A stretch of DNA of 64,000 nucleotides from Deltaproteobacteria bacterium (GTDB lineage Bacteria > Desulfobacterota > Deferrimicrobia > Deferrimicrobiales > Deferrimicrobiaceae). The translations under genes were made by a program, and so were the position numbers. This document shows, piece after piece, positions 37,074-45,933 of this stretch. Numbering within the stretch: position 1 is the stretch's first letter; each line of letters starts with the position of its first letter. The DNA is taken from positions 11,151 to 75,150 of the forward strand of contig JACRIV010000027.1 of NCBI GenBank assembly GCA_016220005.1, given 5' to 3'. The notes under the pieces are model-generated. The model saw nothing but the letters and a program-made list of their open reading frames with translations, ran no database searches and was not told where the DNA came from.

Positions 37074-38159
37074 TTATACTCCGTTACGGCTTGCTGTCAA
37101 ATCGCTCGGTCTCCCGTTTGGCCCCCCCGCCGTTTGCCGGTTGGATTCTCGCTCCCCGCCCAGCGCGATCCTGCCGATCCAGGCGGCAGCCTCCTCGTCG
37201 GAAAGGGGATCCTCCGCGGCGCGAGCCTCCGGCCGGAAGAGGGTGATCGCGCGGAACCCCCGCGCCATGGCGATCAGCCCTGCGGATTTGAACCGGAGGG
37301 TGCACATCCGCGCGTACGGGATGCCGCACGCCTTCCCGGCGGTGCGCACGCGGGAGAACAGGCCGATGTCGACCCGGTACGGGATGAACGGTCCTTCCCG
37401 GACGGTCACCGCCGGAGCCCCTCCTGCGCTCCGGGGGAACTCGATGAAGACGCCGCTTCCTCGTAAGACCGGGCGCCGGTACTTCGCGAGGAAGAACTTC
37501 ACCTCCGCCTCGTCGCCGGAATAGAGGAGGATGAAGGGCCGTGGCGCGGCCCCCGCGGGAAGGAGCCACTGGTCCACCCAGCCGGCCGCAAGGTTCCGCG
37601 GCCCGGGAGAGGAGTCTCCGCGCGCCCATTCCCCCGCGGCGAGAACGGCCAGCGCCGCCCCCCCCACGACCCCCGCACCGGGGAGGGGCGGAAGATAGAG
37701 GAGCGTGGCTCCCCCCGCCAGGGTGGCGAGCGCCAGGGAAAGGAGCAACCCGAGGAAATAGGAAGCGTGGCGCAGCGCCGCCTTCCGGGAGAAGCGTCCG
37801 GATGCGTTGAGCCTGCAGTGAAGGGGAACGGCGAGGAAAAGCGCCTTCCGGTCCCGCTCCGACGGATCTCCCGGAATGACCGCCACGGACCGCCTCACTT
37901 TCGGGCCCAGCCAGTCCAGGGGAGAAAAACCGCATGCGTCAAGGAGGAGGAGCAGGGAGCCCGAAACGCCGACGAGGAACGCCGCGGCCGGCCGGCCGGC
38001 AGCGAGGAGGAACGCGCCCGCGGCGCAAAGCCCGAATCCCGCGGAGGCGGAAAGCTGCGGCCATGCCGGCACGCGGAATCGCTCGACCACGACGTCCACC
38101 CCCTGTCCGCGGAGCGCCGTTGCGACGGCTTCGATCCCTCCACATTGTTTCCCCTGCAC
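37074..38159 (-). CDS. Hypothetical membrane protein (361 aa)
   Basis: Best of several overlapping ORFs: GC3 is high, with several hydrophobic helices (GAFLLAAGRPAAAFLVGVSGSLLLLL, LGLLLSLALATLAGGATLL). The others are Arg/Gly-rich shadow frames. GTG start; no recognisable domain; it may be co-transcribed with gap. Confidence 0.35.
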   Translation of the reverse strand: MQGKQCGGIEAVATALRGQGVDVVVERFRVPAWPQLSASAGFGLCAAGAFLLAAGRPAAAFLVGVSGSLLLLLDACGFSPLDWLGPKVRRSVAVIPGDPSERDRKALFLAVPLHCRLNASGRFSRKAALRHASYFLGLLLSLALATLAGGATLLYLPPLPGAGVVGGAALAVLAAGEWARGDSSPGPRNLAAGWVDQWLLPAGAAPRPFILLYSGDEAEVKFFLAKYRRPVLRGSGVFIEFPRSAGGAPAVTVREGPFIPYRVDIGLFSRVRTAGKACGIPYARMCTLRFKSAGLIAMARGFRAITLFRPEARAAEDPLSDEEAAAWIGRIALGGERESNRQTAGGPNGRPSDLTASRNGV

Positions 38160-38322
38160 GTGCCGTGTCCCCTCGGCGTTCGGTTTGCGTTATCCTCCCA
38201 CCGCGCGACCTCCGCGTAAAGGTTCTGTATAATTAGCTGACGCCGCCGCCACGCCATGCGTGCGCCGCTGACGCCTGGACCGCGCTGGAGACTCATGCAG
38301 CAGGGGACGGCCCGCGTGCGAG

Positions 38323-38482
38323 CCGCCGCAACGGGGTGCCCTTCGCGGGGGTCTGAGCGACGAAGCGGGAGCCAGGGATGGCGGAGCAAGGAGCGACGAA
38401 GCCGCCGCCCGTCCAGGGACGGACGGGCAAGGCGTCCCCCGCGAGGGGTACCCCGTGAGGCGAGCGTAGCACGCCAGCGGAG
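38323..38482. repeat. Intergenic repeat family B, copy 1 (~160 bp)
   Basis: gccgccgcaacggggtgcccttcgcgggggtctgagcgacgaag...ccagggatggcgga...gagcgacgaagccgccgccc.tccagggacggacgggcaaggcgtcccccgcgaggggtaccccgtgaggcgagcgtagcacgc recurs at 48281-48440 with ~93% identity. Internal imperfect direct sub-repeat gagcgacgaag-N-ccaggga.gg..gg occurs twice. Confidence 0.6.
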
Positions 38483-38522
38483 CCCTCGGGACGGAAATGA
38501 AGCACGACGGGGAGGTGATCGT

Positions 38523-39491
38523 ATGGGAAGCGCGCCCAAGGTCGTCGTCACGCGCCGGCTGCCGGGAGTCTCCCTGGCGCGCCTTGCGGAGAAGGCTGTG
38601 TTGGCGGCGGAGCCGCCCGAGGTCCCGATGGGCCGGGAGGAGCTGCTGTCCCGGGTTCCCGGGGCCGCGGGGATTCTGTGCACCCTTGCGGACCGGATCG
38701 ACTCCCCGCTCATGGAGGCGGCCGGTCCCTCACTCAAAGTTGTTTCGAACTACGCGGTGGGCGTCAACAATATCGACCTGGCGGAGGCCGCGAGGCGCGG
38801 GATCCGGGTCTGCAACACGCCGGACGTGCTCACCCAGGCGACCGCCGACCTCGCCTTCTCCCTGATGCTGGCCGCGTCGAGGAAGCTCTCCGATGCGGAA
38901 CGGGCCTTGCGCGCGGGGCGGTTCACGGGATGGGACCCATGGGGATTCCTGGGCATGCCCGTTTACGGGAAGACGCTGGGTATCGTCGGGATGGGGAAGA
39001 TCGGGAGCGCCGTGGCTGTGCGGGCGGCCGGGTTCGGGATGCGCATCCTTTACCATAACCGCCGGGCGCTGCCGGCGGAACGGGAGAAAGTCCTTCGCGC
39101 CGAATACCGCGGGTTCGACGCGCTCCTCACGGAGAGCGATTTCGTCGTCCTGTGCGTCCCCCTTACCCCGGAGACGCGGGGGCTCGTCGACCGGGAGCGG
39201 CTCCGGAGGATGAAGCGGTCCGCCGTGCTCGTGAACGTCTCCCGGGGAGAGGTGGTGGACGAGGGGGCGCTTGCGGCCGCCCTCTCGCAGGGGTGGATCT
39301 TCGCCGCGGGGCTGGACGTTTACGAGCGTGAGCCGCTCGTCCATCCGGACCTGCTGGCCGCGCCGAAGGCGGTGCTCCTCCCGCACATCGGGAGCGCCAC
39401 CCTGGAGACGCGGGAGCGGATGGGGCGGCTGGCGATGGAAAATCTGCTGGCGGTCCTCTCGGGGACGGAACCCCCGTGCGCCGTCAATTGA
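38523..39491 (+). CDS. D-isomer-specific 2-hydroxyacid dehydrogenase (glyoxylate/hydroxypyruvate reductase-like)
   Basis: Real start MGSAPKVVVTRRLP (ATG 38523 preceded by GGGGAGGTGA). NAD-binding motif GKTLGIVGMGKIGSAVAVRA. Catalytic region ...LVNVSRGEVVDEGAL...LDVYEREP...LLPHIGSAT. The ORF-track upstream extension translates repeat B and was rejected. Confidence 0.8.
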   Translation: MGSAPKVVVTRRLPGVSLARLAEKAVLAAEPPEVPMGREELLSRVPGAAGILCTLADRIDSPLMEAAGPSLKVVSNYAVGVNNIDLAEAARRGIRVCNTPDVLTQATADLAFSLMLAASRKLSDAERALRAGRFTGWDPWGFLGMPVYGKTLGIVGMGKIGSAVAVRAAGFGMRILYHNRRALPAEREKVLRAEYRGFDALLTESDFVVLCVPLTPETRGLVDRERLRRMKRSAVLVNVSRGEVVDEGALAAALSQGWIFAAGLDVYEREPLVHPDLLAAPKAVLLPHIGSATLETRERMGRLAMENLLAVLSGTEPPCAVN

Positions 39492-40014
39492 AGCCGAACC
39501 CCTTCTTTTTCAGGAGGTCGATAGGATCGAAGGTCCCGTTCCTGGAGAAGGGGATGCGAACGACGCCGGCGACAGGCGCCCGGATTCCCACGGACCCGTT
39601 GAACTCGTAATCGAGGTGGCGGGTCTGCAGCACATGGCGCAGGACCTCCCGGAACGCCTCGGGGCGCACCGTGAGCGGCATCTTGACCATCGTAACCCCC
39701 GAGGGCTCGATCCGGATGTCGGACCGGTACTGCTCCCCTTCCGCCACGGTCTCACGTCCGAGAACCGCCGTGTAGGCGACATAGGCGACGTCTAACGGAT
39801 ACCCGTTCGGGTTGTCTACCGCAAGGGTCAGTGTGAGTCTCCACGGCGCTGCGGGATCGTCGATGGAATGCGACGTGATCGCGGCATCCGTCACCCGGAC
39901 CTTCGGCGGCTTGAACACCTCCTTGATCAGCGGCCTGCAGGAGGCTGCCGCGAAGGAGAGCGCGGCCAGCAATGCAAGGGAGAAAAAGGGTTTGGCGATC
40001 CGCATTTCCGACAT
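39484..40014 (-). CDS. LEA_2 (late-embryogenesis-abundant type 2 / water-stress-response) domain lipoprotein
   Basis: ...MRIAKPFFSLALLAALSFAAASC (lipobox) followed by the LEA_2 fold pattern ...VRVTDAAITSHSIDDPAAPWRLTLTLAVDNPNGYPLDVAYVAYTAVLGRETVAEG... Start at M42 or M45 of the ORF-track protein; the 5' end overlaps the divergent FAD-protein start. Confidence 0.6.
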   Translation of the reverse strand: MSEMRIAKPFFSLALLAALSFAAASCRPLIKEVFKPPKVRVTDAAITSHSIDDPAAPWRLTLTLAVDNPNGYPLDVAYVAYTAVLGRETVAEGEQYRSDIRIEPSGVTMVKMPLTVRPEAFREVLRHVLQTRHLDYEFNGSVGIRAPVAGVVRIPFSRNGTFDPIDLLKKKGFGFN

Positions 40015-41581
40015 CCGCGTGCCGCTCGATTTCCCGGAGAAGGAGCTCATTCCGCGGGTCCTTGCCATTATAGGAGTTTCCGAAGGGGAGATGGAGCATT
40101 TTTCCATCGTCCGGCGCGGCCTCGACGCCCGGCGCAAAGGGGACCTCCGGCGCGTCTACGCGGTGGAGTGTTCCCTTTCCGCGCCCGGGCTCGAGGAAAA
40201 GGTCTGCTCGCGGGCGCCGTCCGCGCGCCGCTACGAGCCCCCTCCCGATCCCTTTCCGTCATACAGGATCCGTCCGCCCGTCGTGCGGCCGGTGGTCGTG
40301 GGGGCCGGACCCGCGGGGCTCTTCGCGGCCCTGACCCTTGCCCGGTTCGGCGCCCCCCCGCTGCTCCTGGAGCGCGGCCGCCCGGTTGAGGAGCGGTCCC
40401 GCCACGTGGCGGCTTTCTGGAAGTCGGGGGTGCTTGATCCCGAAAGCAACATCCAGTTCGGCGAGGGGGGGGCAGGGACCTTTTCGGACGGGAAGCTCAC
40501 CACGCGGATCGGAGACCCCTTGGTGGAGCACGTGGTCGGCGTCTTCGAAGAGTTCGCCCCGCTGCCCGGGCTGCGGACGGAGGCCAGGCCCCATGTGGGG
40601 ACCGACCGCCTCAAGGGGTTCTGCCGCCGGATGCGGGAGGAGCTCCGCGCGCTGGGAGCCGAGGTCCGGTTTGGGGCGCGGGTCGCCGATCTCGTCGCGG
40701 AGGGCGGACAGGTGCGGGCCGTGCTCCTGTCCGACGGGGAGGAGGTCCCCTGCGCCGACCTGGTGCTGGCGATCGGGCACTCGGCGCGGGACACCCTGCG
40801 GATGCTTTTGTCTCGGGGGGTGAAGATGACCGCCAAGGCCTTTGCGGCGGGTTTCCGTGTGGAGCACCCCCAGCCCCTCATCGACCGGATCCAGTACGGG
40901 AAGGCGGCGGGGCGCGCCGGGCTTGCGCCGGCCGACTACCGGCTGGCCGTCCGGGCCCCCTCGGGCCGGGGCGTCTACTCCTTCTGCATGTGCCCCGGCG
41001 GGGAAGTGCTGGCCGGTCCTTCCGGCCCGGGGGAGATGCCCGTCAACGGGATGAGCGCCCACGGACGCGACTCGGGGTTCGCCAACAGCGGGATCGTGGC
41101 GACGGTATCTACGGCCGATTTCGGCGGAGGCGACGTGTTCGCGGGGATCCACTTCCAGGAGCTTGTCGAGGCGCGGGCGTTCCGGAAGGGGGGAAGCGAT
41201 TTCGGGATCCCCGCCATGAACCTCGTAGGGTTCCTTCAGGGGAAGGACCTGAACCTGTCCCGGGGGAAGGCGCTCGGGCGGGGGGTGGCCCGGACGAACC
41301 TGGGCGGGATCTTCCCGAAAAAGGTCGAAGAGGACCTCCGGTTCGGCCTGCGGACGTTCGGCGACAGGATGCGGGGGTTCCTCACCCAGGAGGCGACGCT
41401 CTACGCCGTGGAGTCCCGGACCTCCTCCCCCGTCCGGATCGAGCGGGAGAATTATGAATCGGTTTCCCTGAAAGGGCTGTATCCTGTGGGCGAGGGGGCG
41501 GGACACGCCGGCGGGATCGTGTCCTCGGCCGTGGACGGGATACGGGGAGCCTTGGCGCTCCTCGAGAAATTCTCCGCATAA
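39992..41581 (+). CDS. FAD-dependent protein (COG2509 family NAD(FAD)-utilising dehydrogenase-like)
   Basis: TTG start at 39992 (preceded by AGGGAGAAAAAGGG) gives (M)AIRISDIRVPLDFPEKEL..., the family N-terminus. Rossmann motif VVVGAGPAGLFAALTLAR. ...GTFSDGKL...GEGAGHAGGIVSSAVDG. Confidence 0.75.
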   Translation: MAIRISDIRVPLDFPEKELIPRVLAIIGVSEGEMEHFSIVRRGLDARRKGDLRRVYAVECSLSAPGLEEKVCSRAPSARRYEPPPDPFPSYRIRPPVVRPVVVGAGPAGLFAALTLARFGAPPLLLERGRPVEERSRHVAAFWKSGVLDPESNIQFGEGGAGTFSDGKLTTRIGDPLVEHVVGVFEEFAPLPGLRTEARPHVGTDRLKGFCRRMREELRALGAEVRFGARVADLVAEGGQVRAVLLSDGEEVPCADLVLAIGHSARDTLRMLLSRGVKMTAKAFAAGFRVEHPQPLIDRIQYGKAAGRAGLAPADYRLAVRAPSGRGVYSFCMCPGGEVLAGPSGPGEMPVNGMSAHGRDSGFANSGIVATVSTADFGGGDVFAGIHFQELVEARAFRKGGSDFGIPAMNLVGFLQGKDLNLSRGKALGRGVARTNLGGIFPKKVEEDLRFGLRTFGDRMRGFLTQEATLYAVESRTSSPVRIERENYESVSLKGLYPVGEGAGHAGGIVSSAVDGIRGALALLEKFSA

Positions 41582-41595
41582 GGAAGGTGCAGTCG

Positions 41596-42561
41596 ATGGG
41601 AAAGACGAAGTTCGTCAAGGACATAAAGGAAGGGGAGCAGGTCGGGGACCTGTTCCTGGTTGCAGCCAAGGCGCTGCTTTCCAGCAACGCGGGAAAGCCG
41701 TACCTGAACCTCACGCTGCGCGACAGGACGGGGCAGCTCGAGGGCCGGGTCTGGGACCGCGCGGAGGAGATCGGGAAGCGGTTCGAGCGGGACGACATCG
41801 TGGAGGTCACCGGGAGCGCGATCCAGTATCAGGGGCGGGTCCAGGTCAAGGTCCACGACGTCCGGAAGGTCGAGGAGGCGAAGCCGGACCTCGGGGATTT
41901 CCTCCCCGTGACGAAGCGCGGAATCGAGCCGCTCTGGAGGCGGTTGCGGGAGCTGGTGGAAGCGGTTGCGGACCCCGACCTGCGAAAGCTCCTGGAGGCG
42001 GTGTTCCCCGATCCGCCGGGGACGGAGACGGCGCGCCGGTTCCGCCAGGCCCCCGGAGGGAAGAGCATGCACCACGACTACATCGGGGGGCTGCTCGAGC
42101 ACACGGTCTCCGTGAGCATCCTCTGCCGGTTTCTCGCGGGCCACTACGAAGGGGTGAACGGCGACCTCCTGGTCGCGGGCGCGCTCCTGCACGACATCGG
42201 GAAGATCGAGGAGCTATCCTACGAGGGGACCTTCGACTACACCGATGAAGGACGCCTCCTCGGCCACCTCTACATGGGCGCCGACTGGGTCGCCCGGAAG
42301 TGCGCGGAGATCGAGGGATTCCCCCCCGAAAAGGCGATGCTCCTCAAGCACATGATCCTCTCGCACCACGGGGAGCTGGAGTACGGCTCGCCCAAGCGGC
42401 CCAAGACGCTCGAGGCGGTGCTGCTCCATTTCGTCGAGAACATGGACGCCAAGGCGAACGCTTTCACGGAGGCGATGGAGGACCTGCGCGAGGGGACCCG
42501 TTGGACGGACTACAACCGGATGTTCGGACGGTACCTCTTCTCCGGGAAGTTCGAGAAATAG
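41596..42561 (+). CDS. YhaM-like 3'-5' exoribonuclease (OB-fold + HD domain)
   Basis: N-terminal OB fold ...GDLFLVAAKALLSSNAGKPYLNLTLRDRTGQLEGRVWD. HD domain ...MHHDYIGGLLEHTVSV...LLHDIGKIEEL...HMILSHHGELEYGSPKRPKT. ATG 41596 preceded by AAGGAAGG. Confidence 0.75.
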   Translation: MGKTKFVKDIKEGEQVGDLFLVAAKALLSSNAGKPYLNLTLRDRTGQLEGRVWDRAEEIGKRFERDDIVEVTGSAIQYQGRVQVKVHDVRKVEEAKPDLGDFLPVTKRGIEPLWRRLRELVEAVADPDLRKLLEAVFPDPPGTETARRFRQAPGGKSMHHDYIGGLLEHTVSVSILCRFLAGHYEGVNGDLLVAGALLHDIGKIEELSYEGTFDYTDEGRLLGHLYMGADWVARKCAEIEGFPPEKAMLLKHMILSHHGELEYGSPKRPKTLEAVLLHFVENMDAKANAFTEAMEDLREGTRWTDYNRMFGRYLFSGKFEK

Positions 42562-42567
42562 GAGGCG

Positions 42568-45366
42568 CTAACTGTCCAGGACCTCGCGCACTTTTCGCAC
42601 CAGCGCATCGACCGTGAACGGCTTCTGCAGGAGCGCGGTCTCCTTCTCCATCACCCCGTGGAGAAGGATGGTTTCGTCCGTGTAGCCGGACATGTACAGC
42701 ACCTTCGCGCCGGGAAGGTACCGGCCGAGGGATTCCACGAGCTCCCTCCCCCCCATTCGGGGCATTACCACATCGGTGATCACCATGTGGATCTTCTCCA
42801 TGCAGGTCTTCGCGGTCTCCAGCGCCTCGACACCGTCGTGCGCCGCAAGGACCGTGTATCCGTGCCCCTGCAGGACGTCCAGGGCGAACCGGCGCACCAT
42901 CTCGTCGTCCTCGACCAGCAGAAGGGTTTCGTGCCCCCTGGGCAGGGCGCGGGACGGCCGGGCGGCGCCGTCCCTGGCGGGGTCTTCGGCTAAACGGGGG
43001 AGGAAGACCTTGAAGGTCGATCCCTTCCCGACCTCGCTCTCCACCAGGACGTCCCCGCCGCTCTGCTTGACGATCCCGTAGACGGTGGACAGTCCGAGTC
43101 CGGTCCCCTTGCCCGTCTCCTTCGTCGTGAAGAACGGCTCGAACAGGCGGCTTCGCGTCTCTTTGTCCATCCCGCTGCCCGTGTCGCTGATGGACAGCAT
43201 CACGTACGGCCCCGGGGGAACGTCCGCGTGCCTTCGAACGTCATCCTCCCCCAGGAACACGTTGGCCGTCTCGACGATGACCTTCCCTCCCCGCGGCATC
43301 GCGTCCCGGGCATTGATGACGAGGTTCATGATGACCTGCTCGATCTGCCCCGGATCCACCCTGACCTTCCACGGGTCGGGCTCGAGCACCGTGATCAGGT
43401 CGATGTCTTCCCCGATCAGGCGGCGCAGCATCATGTCCATGCCGGCCACGACCGTGCAGAGGTCCAGCACTTTCGGCTGCAGCATCTGCTTGCGGCTGAA
43501 GGCCAGGAGCTGATGGGTGAGGGAGGCCGCCCGGTCTCCCGCCTTCCGGATCTCCTCGACTTCCCTCCGCAACGGAGACCCCCTGTCGAGACGGTGGAGC
43601 AACAGGTCGGAGTATCCGCGGATGGCGGTCAGGAGGTTGTTGAAGTCGTGGGCGATTCCGCCCGCCAGCCTGCCCACGGCCTCCATCTTCTGGGCCTGGC
43701 GGAACCGCTCCTCGCTCTGCCGCAAGGCTTCCTCCATCTGCTTGCGCTCCGTGATATCGTCGTAGAGGACCATGATGCTCGTGATCTTCCCCGCGCCGTC
43801 CCGGAGAAGGGAGGTCCAGATGCGGACGTCGATCGGCGATCCGTCCTTTTTCCGCCGGCGGGCCTCGACGCCGATCAGGGGGATCCCCTGCCGGCTGCGA
43901 TCCAGCAGCGCCTGGAACTCCTGCCGCTTGTCCTCGGGAACGATCGGGTTGGGCCGGTCGAGCACTTCCTCTTCGCTCCATCCGAAGATCCGCTCGGCGG
44001 CGAGGTTCCACATCGTGATTATCCCGTCCGGGTCGAGGCACATGATGGCCAGGGGGGACGCCTGGATCAGCCCCATCAGCTTTTCACCGGCCTCCCGCAC
44101 CACCTCCTCCGCCCGCTTGCGGTCGGTGATGTCGATGATCAGCCCGTCGACGTAGGCGAAGTTCCCCGCGGCGTCGTAAATGAACTTGCGCCGGTCGACA
44201 AGCCACCGGATGCTGCCGTCCCGGTGCCGGAACCGGTACTCCACGCGCAGGAAGTCATTCCTTGCATGCACGGCTTCGTGGAAGAGGCGCTTCAGCATGA
44301 CCAGATCGTCCGGGTGGACCAGGTCCGGCCAGCGGACCTCGCCGCTCGTGAACTCCTGCGCCGTATGGCCGGTGAAACGGTAGATCCCCGTTCCCATGAA
44401 ATTCACGGACCAGTCCCGAAACCCCCGGTAGGCGACGCCCGGGACGTTGTTGATCAGGGAAAGGAGCTGGCCGGCCAGGTCCTGCTGCTCGCGGAAGATC
44501 TGGTCGTGGCGCAGGGCGATGGCGATCTGCCGGGCGACCGCCTGCGCGGAGCCGATTTCGTCCTCGGACCATGCGTGGGGCTCGGGGCGGTCGAGGAAAA
44601 GCGCGCCGAGCAGCTTGCCCCGGCCCCGAACTGGCACTCCGAGAAACGCTCCGAGGCGGAGCCGTGAAAGCTCCTTTTTCTTGGAGCCGTCATAAAAAGA
44701 ACATCTGCGGATATCATCCGTTACGACGTTCCGCCCCGATTCGATGATCGCCATGGAATCGGGGGAGCAGTGATAATGAGGCAAAACGGGACGAACGGAG
44801 GGAAACCCCGGGTCGCAATGGTCGAACAGTCTTTCCGGCTCTGCGAAGAGCCGGATCGTGCATCGGGGAACCTCCAACAGTCCGCACACTCCGTGTGCCG
44901 CCTCATCCAGAACCGTCCCGATGTCCGTTTCCTGGAGGACCAGATTCCCGATCCCGTTCAGTAAGTTGAGCCGCGCGGAGGAGAGGTCGGCGCGCTGGTC
45001 CGCCAGTTTCCGGTCCGTGATGTCGGAGACGAAATGGATTGCCCCCGCCACCTTCCCCGCGGCATCGAAGAAGGGAGAGGCGGCAATCCTGGCCCACGTC
45101 TTCCGAGCGGGCAGCTCGATTTCCACCGGGCCCTGTCCGGGCCCTCCTTTCAGGGGACAGGCGGGACAGACCTCTTCCGCCACCTCGGCGTCGTGGAGCG
45201 TCTCGTGGCATCTCCTGCCGAGGACTTCCCCTGCAGGCCGGCCCAGGAAAACCGACATCGACCGGTTGATCCAGACGACGCGGAAGGAGGTATCGACGAC
45301 GGCGATCGCTTCGGGCAAGGCATCGAAGAGATTTTCCCAATGGCCATTGTCGAACACGGTCTCCAT
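42568..45366 (-). CDS. Hybrid sensor histidine kinase / response regulator with PAS-GAF-PAS-PAS input domains
   Basis: 932 aa. Several ...DITDRK... PAS-end motifs and a GAF segment. H-box IAHDFNNLLTAI. HATPase ...DTGSGMDKETRSRLFEPFFTTKETGKGTGLGLSTVYGIV. C-terminal receiver ...TLLLVEDDEMVRRFALDVL...VITDVVMPRMGG. Confidence 0.85.
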   Translation of the reverse strand: METVFDNGHWENLFDALPEAIAVVDTSFRVVWINRSMSVFLGRPAGEVLGRRCHETLHDAEVAEEVCPACPLKGGPGQGPVEIELPARKTWARIAASPFFDAAGKVAGAIHFVSDITDRKLADQRADLSSARLNLLNGIGNLVLQETDIGTVLDEAAHGVCGLLEVPRCTIRLFAEPERLFDHCDPGFPSVRPVLPHYHCSPDSMAIIESGRNVVTDDIRRCSFYDGSKKKELSRLRLGAFLGVPVRGRGKLLGALFLDRPEPHAWSEDEIGSAQAVARQIAIALRHDQIFREQQDLAGQLLSLINNVPGVAYRGFRDWSVNFMGTGIYRFTGHTAQEFTSGEVRWPDLVHPDDLVMLKRLFHEAVHARNDFLRVEYRFRHRDGSIRWLVDRRKFIYDAAGNFAYVDGLIIDITDRKRAEEVVREAGEKLMGLIQASPLAIMCLDPDGIITMWNLAAERIFGWSEEEVLDRPNPIVPEDKRQEFQALLDRSRQGIPLIGVEARRRKKDGSPIDVRIWTSLLRDGAGKITSIMVLYDDITERKQMEEALRQSEERFRQAQKMEAVGRLAGGIAHDFNNLLTAIRGYSDLLLHRLDRGSPLRREVEEIRKAGDRAASLTHQLLAFSRKQMLQPKVLDLCTVVAGMDMMLRRLIGEDIDLITVLEPDPWKVRVDPGQIEQVIMNLVINARDAMPRGGKVIVETANVFLGEDDVRRHADVPPGPYVMLSISDTGSGMDKETRSRLFEPFFTTKETGKGTGLGLSTVYGIVKQSGGDVLVESEVGKGSTFKVFLPRLAEDPARDGAARPSRALPRGHETLLLVEDDEMVRRFALDVLQGHGYTVLAAHDGVEALETAKTCMEKIHMVITDVVMPRMGGRELVESLGRYLPGAKVLYMSGYTDETILLHGVMEKETALLQKPFTVDALVRKVREVLDS

Positions 45367-45933
45367 TTTCGTTCTCGGCGTCCTTGCAGGAACCGATGCG
45401 GCGAAGGCGGGATTCGACCTCCCCGATCGTGCCCCTGGGAGCCCGTTCGCCCAGGCGCCGCAGCGTCCGGCGGCAAGCCTTTGAACGCTGACTGCTCTTG
45501 CTCCTAAGCTTCCCGGCCGGTTGGGGGTTGCGTGGGTGGTGCCCGAAACGTTACCGAGGTGAAGGGGAAAGTTTTTCCAGGAATGTTCGCCGGATATTTT
45601 TCTCCGGGGCTGTTCGGCGGTCGGTCGGACCCAGGTTCGCGCTTGGCCCCCGGACTCCCCCGGCGGTCAAAGAATCGAACGGTCCGGAGTTCTATGGTGC
45701 GGTACATAGAACCCCCCAACGACGAGAATCTAAACACCATTCTAGATCAACCGACGCGCCGGCGGCAAGGCACAAAGACCCACGAAAATTCCCCGCGTAA
45801 GACTTCCGTGTATTATTCGCCCATCGGCCGTCGGTCCGTCAGGTTCCCTGGAAAACGGTGACGACTTGTGGGATTCTTGAGGGGTCGCGAGGCGACTCGA
45901 ATCGATTCCCGTGCAACGAGGTACGTGAGGAAC

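Noticed and set aside
38293-38505. 70-aa ORF, and the N-terminal 58 aa of ORF 46887..48431, encoding the same peptide (…SPHG[V/I]PLAGDALPVRPW.GGGFVAP…)
   Set aside because: Both are translations of repeat family B, not a duplicated gene; the real downstream proteins start at 38523 and 48257.
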